Shown: one piece after another, positions 55,954-64,000 of the stretch | How positions within the stretch are numbered: position 1 is the first letter of the stretch | Layout: every line of letters begins with the position of its first letter | Source of the DNA: Armatimonadota bacterium | GTDB taxonomy: Bacteria; Armatimonadota; Hebobacteria; CAIYQO01 | NCBI GenBank assembly: GCA_020060775.1 | Contig: JAGUZN010000220.1 | Span: forward strand, 984 to 64,983 | DNA length: 64,000 nt | Reading direction: 5' to 3' | Notes under the pieces: model-generated | Told to the model about the DNA's origin: nothing | The model's input: the letters and a program-made list of their open reading frames with translations, nothing else | The model's database searches: none | Made by a program: the position numbers and the translations under genes

Positions 55954-56484
55954 ATGACCACGAAGATTCTGCGATGGATGCTGCTCGGTGTCCTGAGCAT
56001 CCTGTGCATCAGCATCGTGGCTGCGGCGACTCCCCGCCCGTTGGCCGACCACCAGTTGGATGACGTGTACGCTGCGGGGTTCGATGTACAGGTCGATTTT
56101 AACATGGATGTTGCGGCGGAACGGCCGGAATCGGTCATTTTGCTATCCGGCGATCAACAAGCGTTGGAGTCGCTCGCCGGTCAGGGGATCACCCTGACGC
56201 GCACCATGGGCGGCGGGCGCAACACCGCCGGGCTCGACCCGAACGGCACCTATGTGCCGAATTTGCAAAACCTGACCAATAACACGATCAATCTCTCTGG
56301 AAACGCGTTGCAGAACGCGACGAGCCTGCTCAACATTTTTGCGTTGGAAGGCGATGTCGCGGTCGGTCTGAACCTGAACGTGGTGGTAAACCCGGTGAAC
56401 AGTCCGGTGAATGTGTCACAAATGAACCTAAACTGGGGCACACTCAATCTTTCGAATGCGTTGCCGACATTCGCTTCCCCGTGA
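55954..56484 (+). CDS. Secreted Asn/Leu-rich protein C with the same post-signal propeptide motif
   Basis: Signal MTTKILRWMLLGVLSILCISIVAA, then ATPRPLADHQLDDVYAAG. The C-terminal half is N-rich (NLQNLTNNTINLSGNALQNATSLLN..LNLNVVVNPVNSPVNVSQMNLNWG). Confidence 0.6.
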   Translation: MTTKILRWMLLGVLSILCISIVAAATPRPLADHQLDDVYAAGFDVQVDFNMDVAAERPESVILLSGDQQALESLAGQGITLTRTMGGGRNTAGLDPNGTYVPNLQNLTNNTINLSGNALQNATSLLNIFALEGDVAVGLNLNVVVNPVNSPVNVSQMNLNWGTLNLSNALPTFASP

Positions 56485-56524
56485 AACGAGTAGACTAGAG
56501 GAGAAGCGTAACCCCGGAGGACGT

Positions 56525-57247
56525 ATGCGAAAGTTGAACCATCTGGTCACGATGACCGTGTTGGTATGGTGGGTTCTACTGCGAACCTCACCCGCGCTCG
56601 CGGGTGAGGTTCGCGTCCCCACCTCATCGTTTGGCGCCGGCATTTCGGTGAGCGTTGAGGTGAAGAGCATCAAAGAGATGCGCGAGGACGAGATGGTGCT
56701 GCAGCGGCTGGACTACAGTTGCGGGTCAGCCGCCCTCTCCACGATGTTCACGTCCTACCTGCACCAGGCCTACACGGAGGAGGAGATCATCGACTTTCTC
56801 CTGCAGAGCGGCAATATGCAAAAGTTTCTGGCGCGCAAAGGGTTTTCCATGCTTGACCTGAAACGCTTTGCGGAAGCGCATGGGGTCAAGGCGATCGGCT
56901 ATGAACTGGACCTGGAGAGCCTGGCAGAACTGAACCAGCCGGTGCTCATCCCGCTCTTCCGCAAAGCACAGGATATGCGTCACTTTGTGATCTTCCGTGG
57001 CATGCATGATGGCCGTGTCTTCCTGGCAGACCCGGCGGTGGGGCGTACGGTTATTCCCGTTGCGCAGTTTGAAGAGGAATGGACGCCGCGCGTCGGCATG
57101 GTCTTCCAGCGCCCGGGCTGGCCGACATGCGACGTGCATGCGCTGGCGGTTGAGGATCGCGATCGCATTTATCTGGATACCGAGCAAGTACGCGCCTTGA
57201 TTACCAATACCGTGGCGGACGTCTTCCACCAGGCGAATGAGTTTTAA
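56525..57247 (+). CDS. Stand-alone, signal-peptide-bearing C39-family cysteine peptidase
   Basis: Signal MRKLNHLVTMTVLVWWVLLRTSPALAGE. Catalytic context is VLQRLDYSCGSAALSTMF (Q..C), HFVIFRG (H) and FLADPAVG (D). No ABC-transporter domains are attached. Confidence 0.75.
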   Translation: MRKLNHLVTMTVLVWWVLLRTSPALAGEVRVPTSSFGAGISVSVEVKSIKEMREDEMVLQRLDYSCGSAALSTMFTSYLHQAYTEEEIIDFLLQSGNMQKFLARKGFSMLDLKRFAEAHGVKAIGYELDLESLAELNQPVLIPLFRKAQDMRHFVIFRGMHDGRVFLADPAVGRTVIPVAQFEEEWTPRVGMVFQRPGWPTCDVHALAVEDRDRIYLDTEQVRALITNTVADVFHQANEF

Positions 57248-57363
57248 ATTTACCGTGTGAACCGTCAACATATACCGATGGCATCCCACTGTGATGGGAT
57301 CGGCAGTCGAGAGAAAACGATCGAAGAGTGATTAAAAACACGAGCTGAGAGGAGAAGATATCC

Positions 57364-58458
57364 GTGCGTATCACACCGGTTTTTGTTGCAGTGCTGGCAG
57401 CGCTGTGGTGCTGCCTGATGTCTGCCGCTACGGCACAGGTCACGCAATTACCCGGCATTCCTGCGGAAACCAGCCCGTTGCCCGTGGAAGACACGGCACC
57501 TGCCCCCCTACCCACCGGCGAGGGAGAGGACGAGGTGGCGCCACCGCCGGCCGAAGAGGCGGCGTTACCCTCGCAGGTACGGCGGGCGGACCTGATGATC
57601 AAGCGCGGCGAAGCTGAGTTGGAATGGCGCGTGTCCTACTCGCATTTCTCCTCCAACACCCTGTTTATCGATGGCGTGGCCATGTTGCCGATCATGGTTA
57701 TCGGCAATGTGGCGGTCGAACGCGTGCGGCGCGACCTGATCATCACGTCGGCGGCGGTGCGCTACGGGTTGCAGGACAATCTGGAGGGCGAGGTTCGCCT
57801 CCCCTTCCGCTACCAGTTCGAACGCCGGGCTGTTCCCGATGCCTCGCCCCCGCAGGAAGATACGCTCAACGGCTTCGGCCTGGGTGATATCGAAGGGGCA
57901 CTGTATTACCAACTTCCCAAGACACCGCAGAGCACCGTGCGGTGGATCGTCAGCGCCGGGGTGAAAACCGCTACCGGCAAGGATATCTTCGAAATCGATA
58001 CCAACGAGGAAGTCCCACTGGGCTCGGGGTTCTGGAGTTCGAAGTTCGGCATCACCGGCATGAAGATCGCCGATCCCGCCGCGATCTACTGGAACGCGGG
58101 CTTCACCTATAACTGGCTGCGGGAGAATATCCGCATCGTCTCGACAGATCAGACGACCGGCGACACCGTAGTCAGTTACGTCAATATCAAACCGGGCAAC
58201 ACTATCGATTTCGGCGGCGGCGTGGCCTATGCGCTGAATCCCAAACTCTCCCTCAACATGGGCGTGTCCGCCAGCTTTAGCGGTTCGACCACCTCAAACG
58301 ACCGGCGCGTGCCCAACACCGCGGTGACCAGCGCCACCCTCCGGTTAGGGGCGGTGTGGGTAGGGGAAGTCCTGCCGGTTGATCTCTCGCTCGGCATCGG
58401 GCTCACGGAAGACTCTCCGGACTTCACGCTCGAATTCCGTCAGAACTATCGATTTTGA
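57364..58458 (+). CDS. Outer-membrane beta-barrel protein (MetA-pathway/transporter-like family)
   Basis: Signal MRITPVFVAVLAALWCCLMSAATAQ, then a Pro/Glu/Ala-rich linker. Alternating beta-strand pattern with GFGLGDIEG and KTATGKD..PLGSGFWS motifs. The C-terminal LEFRQNYRF ends in an aromatic residue, a beta-signal. Confidence 0.7.
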   Translation: MRITPVFVAVLAALWCCLMSAATAQVTQLPGIPAETSPLPVEDTAPAPLPTGEGEDEVAPPPAEEAALPSQVRRADLMIKRGEAELEWRVSYSHFSSNTLFIDGVAMLPIMVIGNVAVERVRRDLIITSAAVRYGLQDNLEGEVRLPFRYQFERRAVPDASPPQEDTLNGFGLGDIEGALYYQLPKTPQSTVRWIVSAGVKTATGKDIFEIDTNEEVPLGSGFWSSKFGITGMKIADPAAIYWNAGFTYNWLRENIRIVSTDQTTGDTVVSYVNIKPGNTIDFGGGVAYALNPKLSLNMGVSASFSGSTTSNDRRVPNTAVTSATLRLGAVWVGEVLPVDLSLGIGLTEDSPDFTLEFRQNYRF

Positions 58459-58567
58459 GCATGCCGGCAGCAGCCCGGATATCAATGGTACGGTATGGTT
58501 GAGTGGGGGAGGGCATGCCATGCATCCTTCCCCCCGCATCTTCTGACCGCTCGAATCTCGCCTGACC

Positions 58568-58596
58568 TTGCCAGAACCGGCGTTGATCCGTATACT
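58568..58596 (+). promoter_or_regulatory. Sigma70-type promoter upstream of smc
   Basis: TTGCCA (58568-58573), 17-nt spacer, TATACT (58591-58596), 35 nt before the smc ATG. Confidence 0.55.
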
Positions 58597-58631
58597 GTGG
58601 GCATTCCGGCATCCCCGCCTGACGACCGCCC

Positions 58632-61600
58632 ATGTTTCTCAAACGATTAGAGTTGTACGGATTCAAAACCTTTGCCGACCGCACCGAGCTGGAACTGGGT
58701 CCCGGCATCACGGCGATCGTGGGCCCCAATGGCTCAGGCAAAAGCAATATCAGCGATGCCATCCTCTGGGTGCTCGGCGAGCAAAGCACCAAAGCCCTGC
58801 GCAGCGCGCGGTCGACCGATGTCATCTTCAAGGGGTCGGAGTCGCGCAAGGCGCTGGGCATGGCCGAGGTCAACCTCACGCTCGACAACGAGCACGGCGA
58901 TCTCCCCATCGATTATAACGAGGTCACCGTCACCCGCTGCGTCTTCCGCTCCGGCGAGTCCGAGTACCTGATCAACCGCACCCCGGTGCGCCTGCGCGAT
59001 GTCCATGAACTGTTTATGGACACCGGCATCGGCAAGCACTCGTATTCCATCATCAGCCAGGGTGAAGTGGATGCCGTGCTTTCTTCGCGCTCGGAAGACC
59101 GTCGCGCGCTCTTTGAAGAGGTGGCGGGCATCACGAAGTACAAGCACCGCAAAAAGGAAGCCCTGCGCAAGCTCGAGCAAACACAGCAGAACCTGTTGCG
59201 CGTGAGCGATATCATCAACGAACTGGAATCACAGCTCGAGCCCATGGCCGCGCAATCGGAAAAAGCCAGGCAGTATCAGGTGCTCAACGCCGAACTCACC
59301 GACCTCCACCTTTCGCTGGTCGTCGCACAGTACCAGGGGTTGCAGGGCAGCCTGGCGCGTTCGCGCGAACGGGAAGCCGAACTGCACCAGGAACTCGAGC
59401 AGTTGCGCCATACCCTGCAGCAGGCTGAAGTGAAAGAGACGACCTTGCGCGCCGCGTTGCAGCAACTCGAGGACGAGTTGGAGGAACGGCGCGGCGTGGA
59501 GAATCGCCTGGCGGCAGCCGTGCAGGGCACGGAGAGCAAGCTTGCGTTGCTCAAACAACAGGAAGATGTCGCGCGTAAAGAGTGTGAACGCATTGAGCGC
59601 GAACGCGGCGAGGGCGAGCAACAGGCCGAAGCGCTGCAGTGCGAAATTGACACCGCCGAGCAGGAGCAGGCGCGTTTGCAGGAGATCATCGCCGGCCTCG
59701 AGGGGGAAATCGCCGCGGCGGATGATACGCTGAAAGAGGCCACTGCCGCGGTGGAAGCGGTCGCGCAACAACTCCATGAGCGGCGCGGCGCTTACCTCGA
59801 CGCCCTTGACCAGGTGGCGAAAGTGCGCAATGAACTGGCGCGCCTGGATTCGATGCTGAAAACCTCAGACGGGCGTTTGACGCGCATTGCCGAGGAACGT
59901 CGTGAAGTCGACGGCAAACTCGCTGCCCGGCGAGCAGAGAAGCAGACCGCCGATGCCCGCGTCCACGCGTGTAAAACCGCGCGCGAGTCCCTCATCGCCA
60001 GGCGTAATGAAGTGAATGCTGCCCGCCAGGCTGCCGTGGAACAGCAGGCAGAAGCGCGACAGCAGGAACATCGCCTGCGCGAAGGATTGGCCGGCTTGCG
60101 CGAGCGCCAGCGCACCCTGCAGGAATTGGAAGATTCGCTGGAAGGTTACTTTCCCGGCGTACGCGCGGTGATGGCGGCCGCACAGTCGGGCACGTTGGCC
60201 GGCTGGTATGCGCCGGTTACCGAATTGATCAATGTGCCCGCCGAGCTGGAGACGGCCGCGGAAGTCGCGCTCGGCGCGAATTTACAAGACGTGGTGACCG
60301 ATGGCGAGCAATCCGCGAAAGCGGCGATTTCCCTGCTGAAGCGCGCCAACGCGGGGCGCGCGACGTTCCTGCCGATGGATCTGATCTCCCCCGCTCCCCG
60401 GGCGACCGTGCCGGACATGGATGGCGTACTCGGTCTGTTCATGGATTTAGTGGGCTACGACCACCAGCATGAGCGCGTGGTGCAGCATATTATGGGGCGC
60501 GTGATCGTCGCGCGTGATCTGGATGCCGCGCTCGCCGCCGCCAAATCGCCGCACGCCAGCGGGTGGAATCGCATCGTCACGCTGGAAGGCGAGGTTGTCC
60601 ATCCCTCGCGCGCCATGACCGGTGGTTCGAAGGGACGGGGCAGCGGGCTGCTCACGCGCAAACGCGAACTGCAGGAACTCACCGAGCAACTGGAGACGCT
60701 GGAGCGCAAAGCGCAACAGGCGCACACGCGATATCAGGAGATTACCGCCGAGCTGCAGCGCCTGGAGGGCGAGGTGGTCCGCGTTGCCAAGCAGAGCGAA
60801 CAGGCGGCAGCGCAGCAAGCGGAGGCCGAACGCGCGGTGGCGACCGTGCAGCGCGACGTGCAGGCGCTGGATGAACGCCTCGGCGCTCTCGATGAAGAGA
60901 CCGCGTGGATCACGCGGGAGGTGGAGGAAACCCGCGCCGACCATCAGCGCTTGCTCGAGTCGCTGGCCGAAACCGAGGGACGCCAACGCGAGGCCGAGCA
61001 GGCCATTGCCGAGGCGGAGGGGACACTGGCGGCAGAACAGCGCGAGCGCGATACGGTGACCGAGCGGTTTGCCGCGCTGCGCTTAACACTGACCGAAGTG
61101 CGCGGACAGTGGCAAACCCAGCAGGCGGCAGCACGTCGGGCATCGGAGCAACGCGAAGCCCTGCACCAGCGGCTGCAGCAGCATGACAGCACGACCGCGC
61201 GGTTAGCCGAGGAGATCGCCCAACTGTGCGCGAAGCACACCGACGCCGCGGCTGAACTCGAGCGCCAGCGCGCTGCCCTGCAGAAAAGCGGGACGGATCT
61301 GGAGGGGGCGCGGGGACGGCGCACCGCCATGCTCGAGGCCATCGCCGCCAGCCTGGAAGCGCAGAAGGCCCTGCGCGAACAGGTGGAGGGCTGCCAGGAC
61401 CGCGTGCACCGCACGGATTTGCGCACCACGCAGATCGAGACGGAGCTCGGCTTCCTGGAGACGCAGTTCTTCGAGGATTACCGCCTCACCACCGAACAGG
61501 CGATTGTCCGCGCGAAACCGGTGGAACACCGCGGCGTGGCCATCGCCCGCATGAAGGAATTGCAGGCCGCCGTCGATGAGTTGGGCACCGTCAATTTGGG

Positions 61601-62204
61601 GGCCATCGAGGAGTACGACCGCATCTGCGAGCGCTTATCCTTTCTCACCGCCCAGCGCACTGATCTGGAAGAAGGGCGCGCCAGCCTGCTGAAGGTGATT
61701 GTCGAGATCGACACGACGTGCAAGGAAAAATTCCTCGAGGCCTTTGCCGCGATCGCCCGCGAGTTTCAGGACCTGTTTGCGCAACTCTTCGGCGGCGGCA
61801 CGACGCAACTCACCCTGGAAGACCCGGCGAACGTGTTGGAGAGCGGCATCGAGATTCATGTCACCATCCCGGGAAAGCGCAATCAGCATCTCCTGCAGCT
61901 CTCCGGGGGGGAGCGGGCGCTCACTGCGCTGGCGTTGCTGTTTGCCATGTTGCGCGTGAAGCCCAGCCCCTTCGTGGTGCTCGACGAGATCGACGCGCCT
62001 CTCGACGAAGCCAATGTCGGGCGCTATTGCGATGTACTGCTCGGCTTCACCGACCGCACCCAGTTCCTGGTGGTGACCCACAACAAGGGCACCATGGAGG
62101 CTGCCGACGTCCTGTACGGCGTCACCATGGAAAAGGCCGGGGTGTCCAAGATCATCGGCGTCCGCCTGTCCGACGGCCAGCAGACCCTGCCCGTCACTGC
62201 CTAA
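58632..62204 (+). CDS. smc: Chromosome segregation protein SMC
   Basis: MFLKRLELYGFKTFADRTELELGPGITAIVGPNGSGKSNISDAILWVLGEQS is the Walker A head. Long coiled coils and a hinge (GWYAPVTELINV). C-terminal LSGGERALTALALLFA (signature motif) and FVVLDEIDAPLD (Walker B). Confidence 0.95.
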   Translation: MFLKRLELYGFKTFADRTELELGPGITAIVGPNGSGKSNISDAILWVLGEQSTKALRSARSTDVIFKGSESRKALGMAEVNLTLDNEHGDLPIDYNEVTVTRCVFRSGESEYLINRTPVRLRDVHELFMDTGIGKHSYSIISQGEVDAVLSSRSEDRRALFEEVAGITKYKHRKKEALRKLEQTQQNLLRVSDIINELESQLEPMAAQSEKARQYQVLNAELTDLHLSLVVAQYQGLQGSLARSREREAELHQELEQLRHTLQQAEVKETTLRAALQQLEDELEERRGVENRLAAAVQGTESKLALLKQQEDVARKECERIERERGEGEQQAEALQCEIDTAEQEQARLQEIIAGLEGEIAAADDTLKEATAAVEAVAQQLHERRGAYLDALDQVAKVRNELARLDSMLKTSDGRLTRIAEERREVDGKLAARRAEKQTADARVHACKTARESLIARRNEVNAARQAAVEQQAEARQQEHRLREGLAGLRERQRTLQELEDSLEGYFPGVRAVMAAAQSGTLAGWYAPVTELINVPAELETAAEVALGANLQDVVTDGEQSAKAAISLLKRANAGRATFLPMDLISPAPRATVPDMDGVLGLFMDLVGYDHQHERVVQHIMGRVIVARDLDAALAAAKSPHASGWNRIVTLEGEVVHPSRAMTGGSKGRGSGLLTRKRELQELTEQLETLERKAQQAHTRYQEITAELQRLEGEVVRVAKQSEQAAAQQAEAERAVATVQRDVQALDERLGALDEETAWITREVEETRADHQRLLESLAETEGRQREAEQAIAEAEGTLAAEQRERDTVTERFAALRLTLTEVRGQWQTQQAAARRASEQREALHQRLQQHDSTTARLAEEIAQLCAKHTDAAAELERQRAALQKSGTDLEGARGRRTAMLEAIAASLEAQKALREQVEGCQDRVHRTDLRTTQIETELGFLETQFFEDYRLTTEQAIVRAKPVEHRGVAIARMKELQAAVDELGTVNLGAIEEYDRICERLSFLTAQRTDLEEGRASLLKVIVEIDTTCKEKFLEAFAAIAREFQDLFAQLFGGGTTQLTLEDPANVLESGIEIHVTIPGKRNQHLLQLSGGERALTALALLFAMLRVKPSPFVVLDEIDAPLDEANVGRYCDVLLGFTDRTQFLVVTHNKGTMEAADVLYGVTMEKAGVSKIIGVRLSDGQQTLPVTA

Positions 62205-62372
62205 GAAACTGTTATGAACGTCTCTGTCCGGTCTCGCGTGATCTGTTCGCGCCAGTCCGTATCGGGACTCCTCACCCTATCGGTCTTGGAGAGTACCTCG
62301 GCGTCCCGATACGGACGGCTACGAACATCCACGGCGCGATCCGCGAACAGATCCTTTCACAACAATTTCTAA
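62200..62372. repeat. Hairpin-forming TIR-bounded repeat element, copy 2, abutting the smc stop codon
   Basis: Aligns end to end with 43605-43776. The left flanking TAA (62202-62204) is the smc stop codon, and TAA is repeated at 62370-62372. The central stem 62255-62266 / 62305-62316 differs from copy 1 by three compensated base pairs. Confidence 0.8.
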
Positions 62373-62427
62373 CACAGAGGCGCCGCTCAACGCGACGCCT
62401 CAGAATCATTCCGCCTGCCGCAGCGCC

Positions 62428-63282
62428 CTATACCCGCGCGCCAGCCACCCGCTCGTAGAGCGCCATGAAGCGCCGCCCGTACTCGAGGTAGCTGTCGAAG
62501 AGCAACTGCTCGCGCTCCTCGCCACCGATGTCGCCGGTATGCACCACTGCAGCGATATGCGGTTCGATCGAATACCCGCCGTCATAGCCGTGCTCGAGCA
62601 GGATGCGCACCGAGTCCTCTACGCGGCAACTGCCCTCGCCCGGGTAGGTGAAGATCGGCTTGTGGTCCTCACTCATGTAACCGTCCTTGATGTGGACATG
62701 CACGACGTGATCGATTACTTTACGCAGGTAGTCCTGGGCATCCTGTTGGTGGATGAAGGTATTTCCGGTATCGAACACCAGCTTCAGCGCCGGGCTGTCC
62801 ACCCGCTCCAGCAGTTCCAGCGTGTTCTCCGGCGATTCGCCACCCCAGCCGGTGCAGTTTTCGTGCAGCAGGGTGATGCCGCCATCTTCCGCCATTGTCG
62901 CCAGTTCGCGAATGCGGCGCACCGCTTCATCGCGCCAGGCCTCATCGGACAAGCCATCGTTCTCGAACGACATGATGCGGATGAATGACGTGCCGCTGCG
63001 CTGCATGCGCGGGATCGCCTGGCGCAACTCGTTGACATCCCGTGCGAAATCACCGCTGATCTTGCGGCTCCAGTTCGCCAGCGCTGAGGCAAAGCAGCAG
63101 ATGGTCATCCCGGCTTCCTCGATGGCCTCGAGCGCACGGTCGAAGGTGGCGTCATCGACCAGTGTCGCATTCGTGCCTTCGATCAAACGCAGTTCCAGTT
63201 GTTGCCAGCCCAGTGCCTTGTGCGCGGCGATTTGCTGCGCGACTTTACCGCCGGCTTCATCGGAAATCCCAGTGAAATACAT
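62428..63282 (-). CDS. Sugar phosphate isomerase/epimerase (xylose-isomerase-like TIM barrel)
   Basis: MYFTGISDEAGG..GWQQLELR..ITLLHENCTGWGG..VHVHIKDG..YDGGYSIEPH. Confidence 0.7.
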   Translation of the reverse strand: MYFTGISDEAGGKVAQQIAAHKALGWQQLELRLIEGTNATLVDDATFDRALEAIEEAGMTICCFASALANWSRKISGDFARDVNELRQAIPRMQRSGTSFIRIMSFENDGLSDEAWRDEAVRRIRELATMAEDGGITLLHENCTGWGGESPENTLELLERVDSPALKLVFDTGNTFIHQQDAQDYLRKVIDHVVHVHIKDGYMSEDHKPIFTYPGEGSCRVEDSVRILLEHGYDGGYSIEPHIAAVVHTGDIGGEEREQLLFDSYLEYGRRFMALYERVAGARV

Positions 63283-63382
63283 GGTTGCACTCCTTGAATG
63301 TGCGGGTGACAGTGTTATCCAGTGTGTATGGTTTGACGAGGCAGTAACGCATTCCTGCCCCAGATGGATAAAGTGGAATGCG

Positions 63383-63772
63383 TTAGTCGACCAATACGCT
63401 GATCAGCAGGATGATGCCGAGCATGACGACAATCATGCTCGACAGGACGACGGCGGTGACGATGCGGGTAAAGGTGCGCAACTGCTGTGCGATGGAGTCG
63501 GCGCGCTCGCGGCACTCGACCAATACGGCCGCCGGAACCATGCGCAACGCCAGCGCAATGCCCACGGGCACGATCACCAGGTCATCGAGGTAGCCGAGTA
63601 GGGGAAGCGAATCGGGGATGAGATCGATCGGACTGAGGAGGTAGGCGAGCACCAACAGCACTACCGCCCGGGCTTTCCATGGCGTCTGCTGATGCCGGAA
63701 CGCCAGGTACAACGTGGCGCTCTCACGATTCAGTCGGTGCGCCCAGGTGCGCCACCCTTTCCACGAGGCCAT
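63383..63772 (-). CDS. DUF1232 (YkvA-like) membrane protein
   Basis: YLLSPIDLIPDSLPLLGYLDDLVIVPVGIALA is the DUF1232 signature, followed by a C-terminal TM segment. Confidence 0.7.
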   Translation of the reverse strand: MASWKGWRTWAHRLNRESATLYLAFRHQQTPWKARAVVLLVLAYLLSPIDLIPDSLPLLGYLDDLVIVPVGIALALRMVPAAVLVECRERADSIAQQLRTFTRIVTAVVLSSMIVVMLGIILLISVLVD

Positions 63773-63775
63773 ACT

Positions 63776-64000
63776 TCAATACCCCAACGCTTGCAGGCGT
63801 TCCAACGTGAGCCCACCGGATGACTCCCGGGCGGTGAGCAGTCGGTCGATATAGCGGGCGAGGAGATCGACTTCGATATTCACACGGTCACCCACAGCAC
63901 GCAGGCTCAGCGTGGTCGCCTGCAAGGTGTGGCGGATCAGCGATACGGCGAAGGTCTCTGCGGTCACCGATACCACCGTCAAGCTGATGCCGTCCACGGC
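63776..64000 (-). CDS. ribE: Riboflavin synthase (alpha chain), 3' portion; the gene continues beyond the window
   Basis: VDGISLTVVSVTAETFAVSLIRHTLQATTLSLRAVGDRVNIEVDLLARYIDRLL is the second lumazine-binding repeat of riboflavin synthase. Confidence 0.8.
   Translation of the reverse strand, partial: AVDGISLTVVSVTAETFAVSLIRHTLQATTLSLRAVGDRVNIEVDLLARYIDRLLTARESSGGLTLERLQALGY

Noticed and set aside
53167-56052. Two long minus-strand ORFs (53167-54318 and 54862-56052) opposite the secreted-protein genes
   Set aside because: The plus-strand genes have RBS, signal peptides, paralogy and conserved Cys. The antisense translations are repetitive D/G/V/H/R strings produced by the complement of GAC/AAC/GGC-rich codons.

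Overview
64-kb window from a GC-rich (~60%) bacterial chromosome with strong GGAGG Shine-Dalgarno sites and frequent ATGA stop/start overlaps. I cannot name the taxon from sequence alone. Housekeeping anchors are leuS, smc, an mtaD-like deaminase and the 3' end of riboflavin synthase. They are interrupted by six accessory blocks. (i) 0.1-8.9 kb is a compositionally mosaic defence-type island. It holds a mosaic methyltransferase/ADP-ribosylglycohydrolase ORF, a catalytically inactive long-type prokaryotic Argonaute split by a frame change and translationally coupled to a PD-(D/E)xK nuclease-domain protein, a tyrosine recombinase, and a 172-bp segment bounded by 23-bp inverted repeats. (ii) 9-18 kb and 22.7-30 kb are arrays of small-molecule-modifying enzymes: nucleotidyltransferases, GNATs, HAD hydrolases, an APH-like kinase, SAM methyltransferases and a nitrilase-family enzyme. 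Two of these genes are preceded by paralogous promoter-uORF-terminator leader cassettes. (iii) 30.3-39.7 kb holds an AbiEi/AbiEii module, a decayed IS66 transposase, an inverted AbiEii fragment, a ~4.3-kb AT-rich three-gene island (about 11-TM protein, SSF symporter, polyprenyl-synthase-like protein) and an IS256-family element with a 9-bp target duplication. (iv) 41.4-43.8 kb holds a serine-recombinase remnant abutting an iteron-like repeat array, plus one copy of a 172-bp hairpin/MITE-like element whose second copy sits on the smc stop codon. (v) 44-47.3 kb is a DUF5320 / Fe-S P-loop ATPase / NifX-like / PadR cluster. (vi) 53.4-58.5 kb is the most unusual block. It encodes three secreted proteins (two of them acidic beta-solenoid-like paralogues) with a double-glycine-type propeptide placed after a Sec signal, a Sec-exported stand-alone C39 peptidase and a beta-barrel outer-membrane protein, which follows Fap/curli-like logic. 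All functional calls come from motif recognition by eye. No database or structure search was possible.
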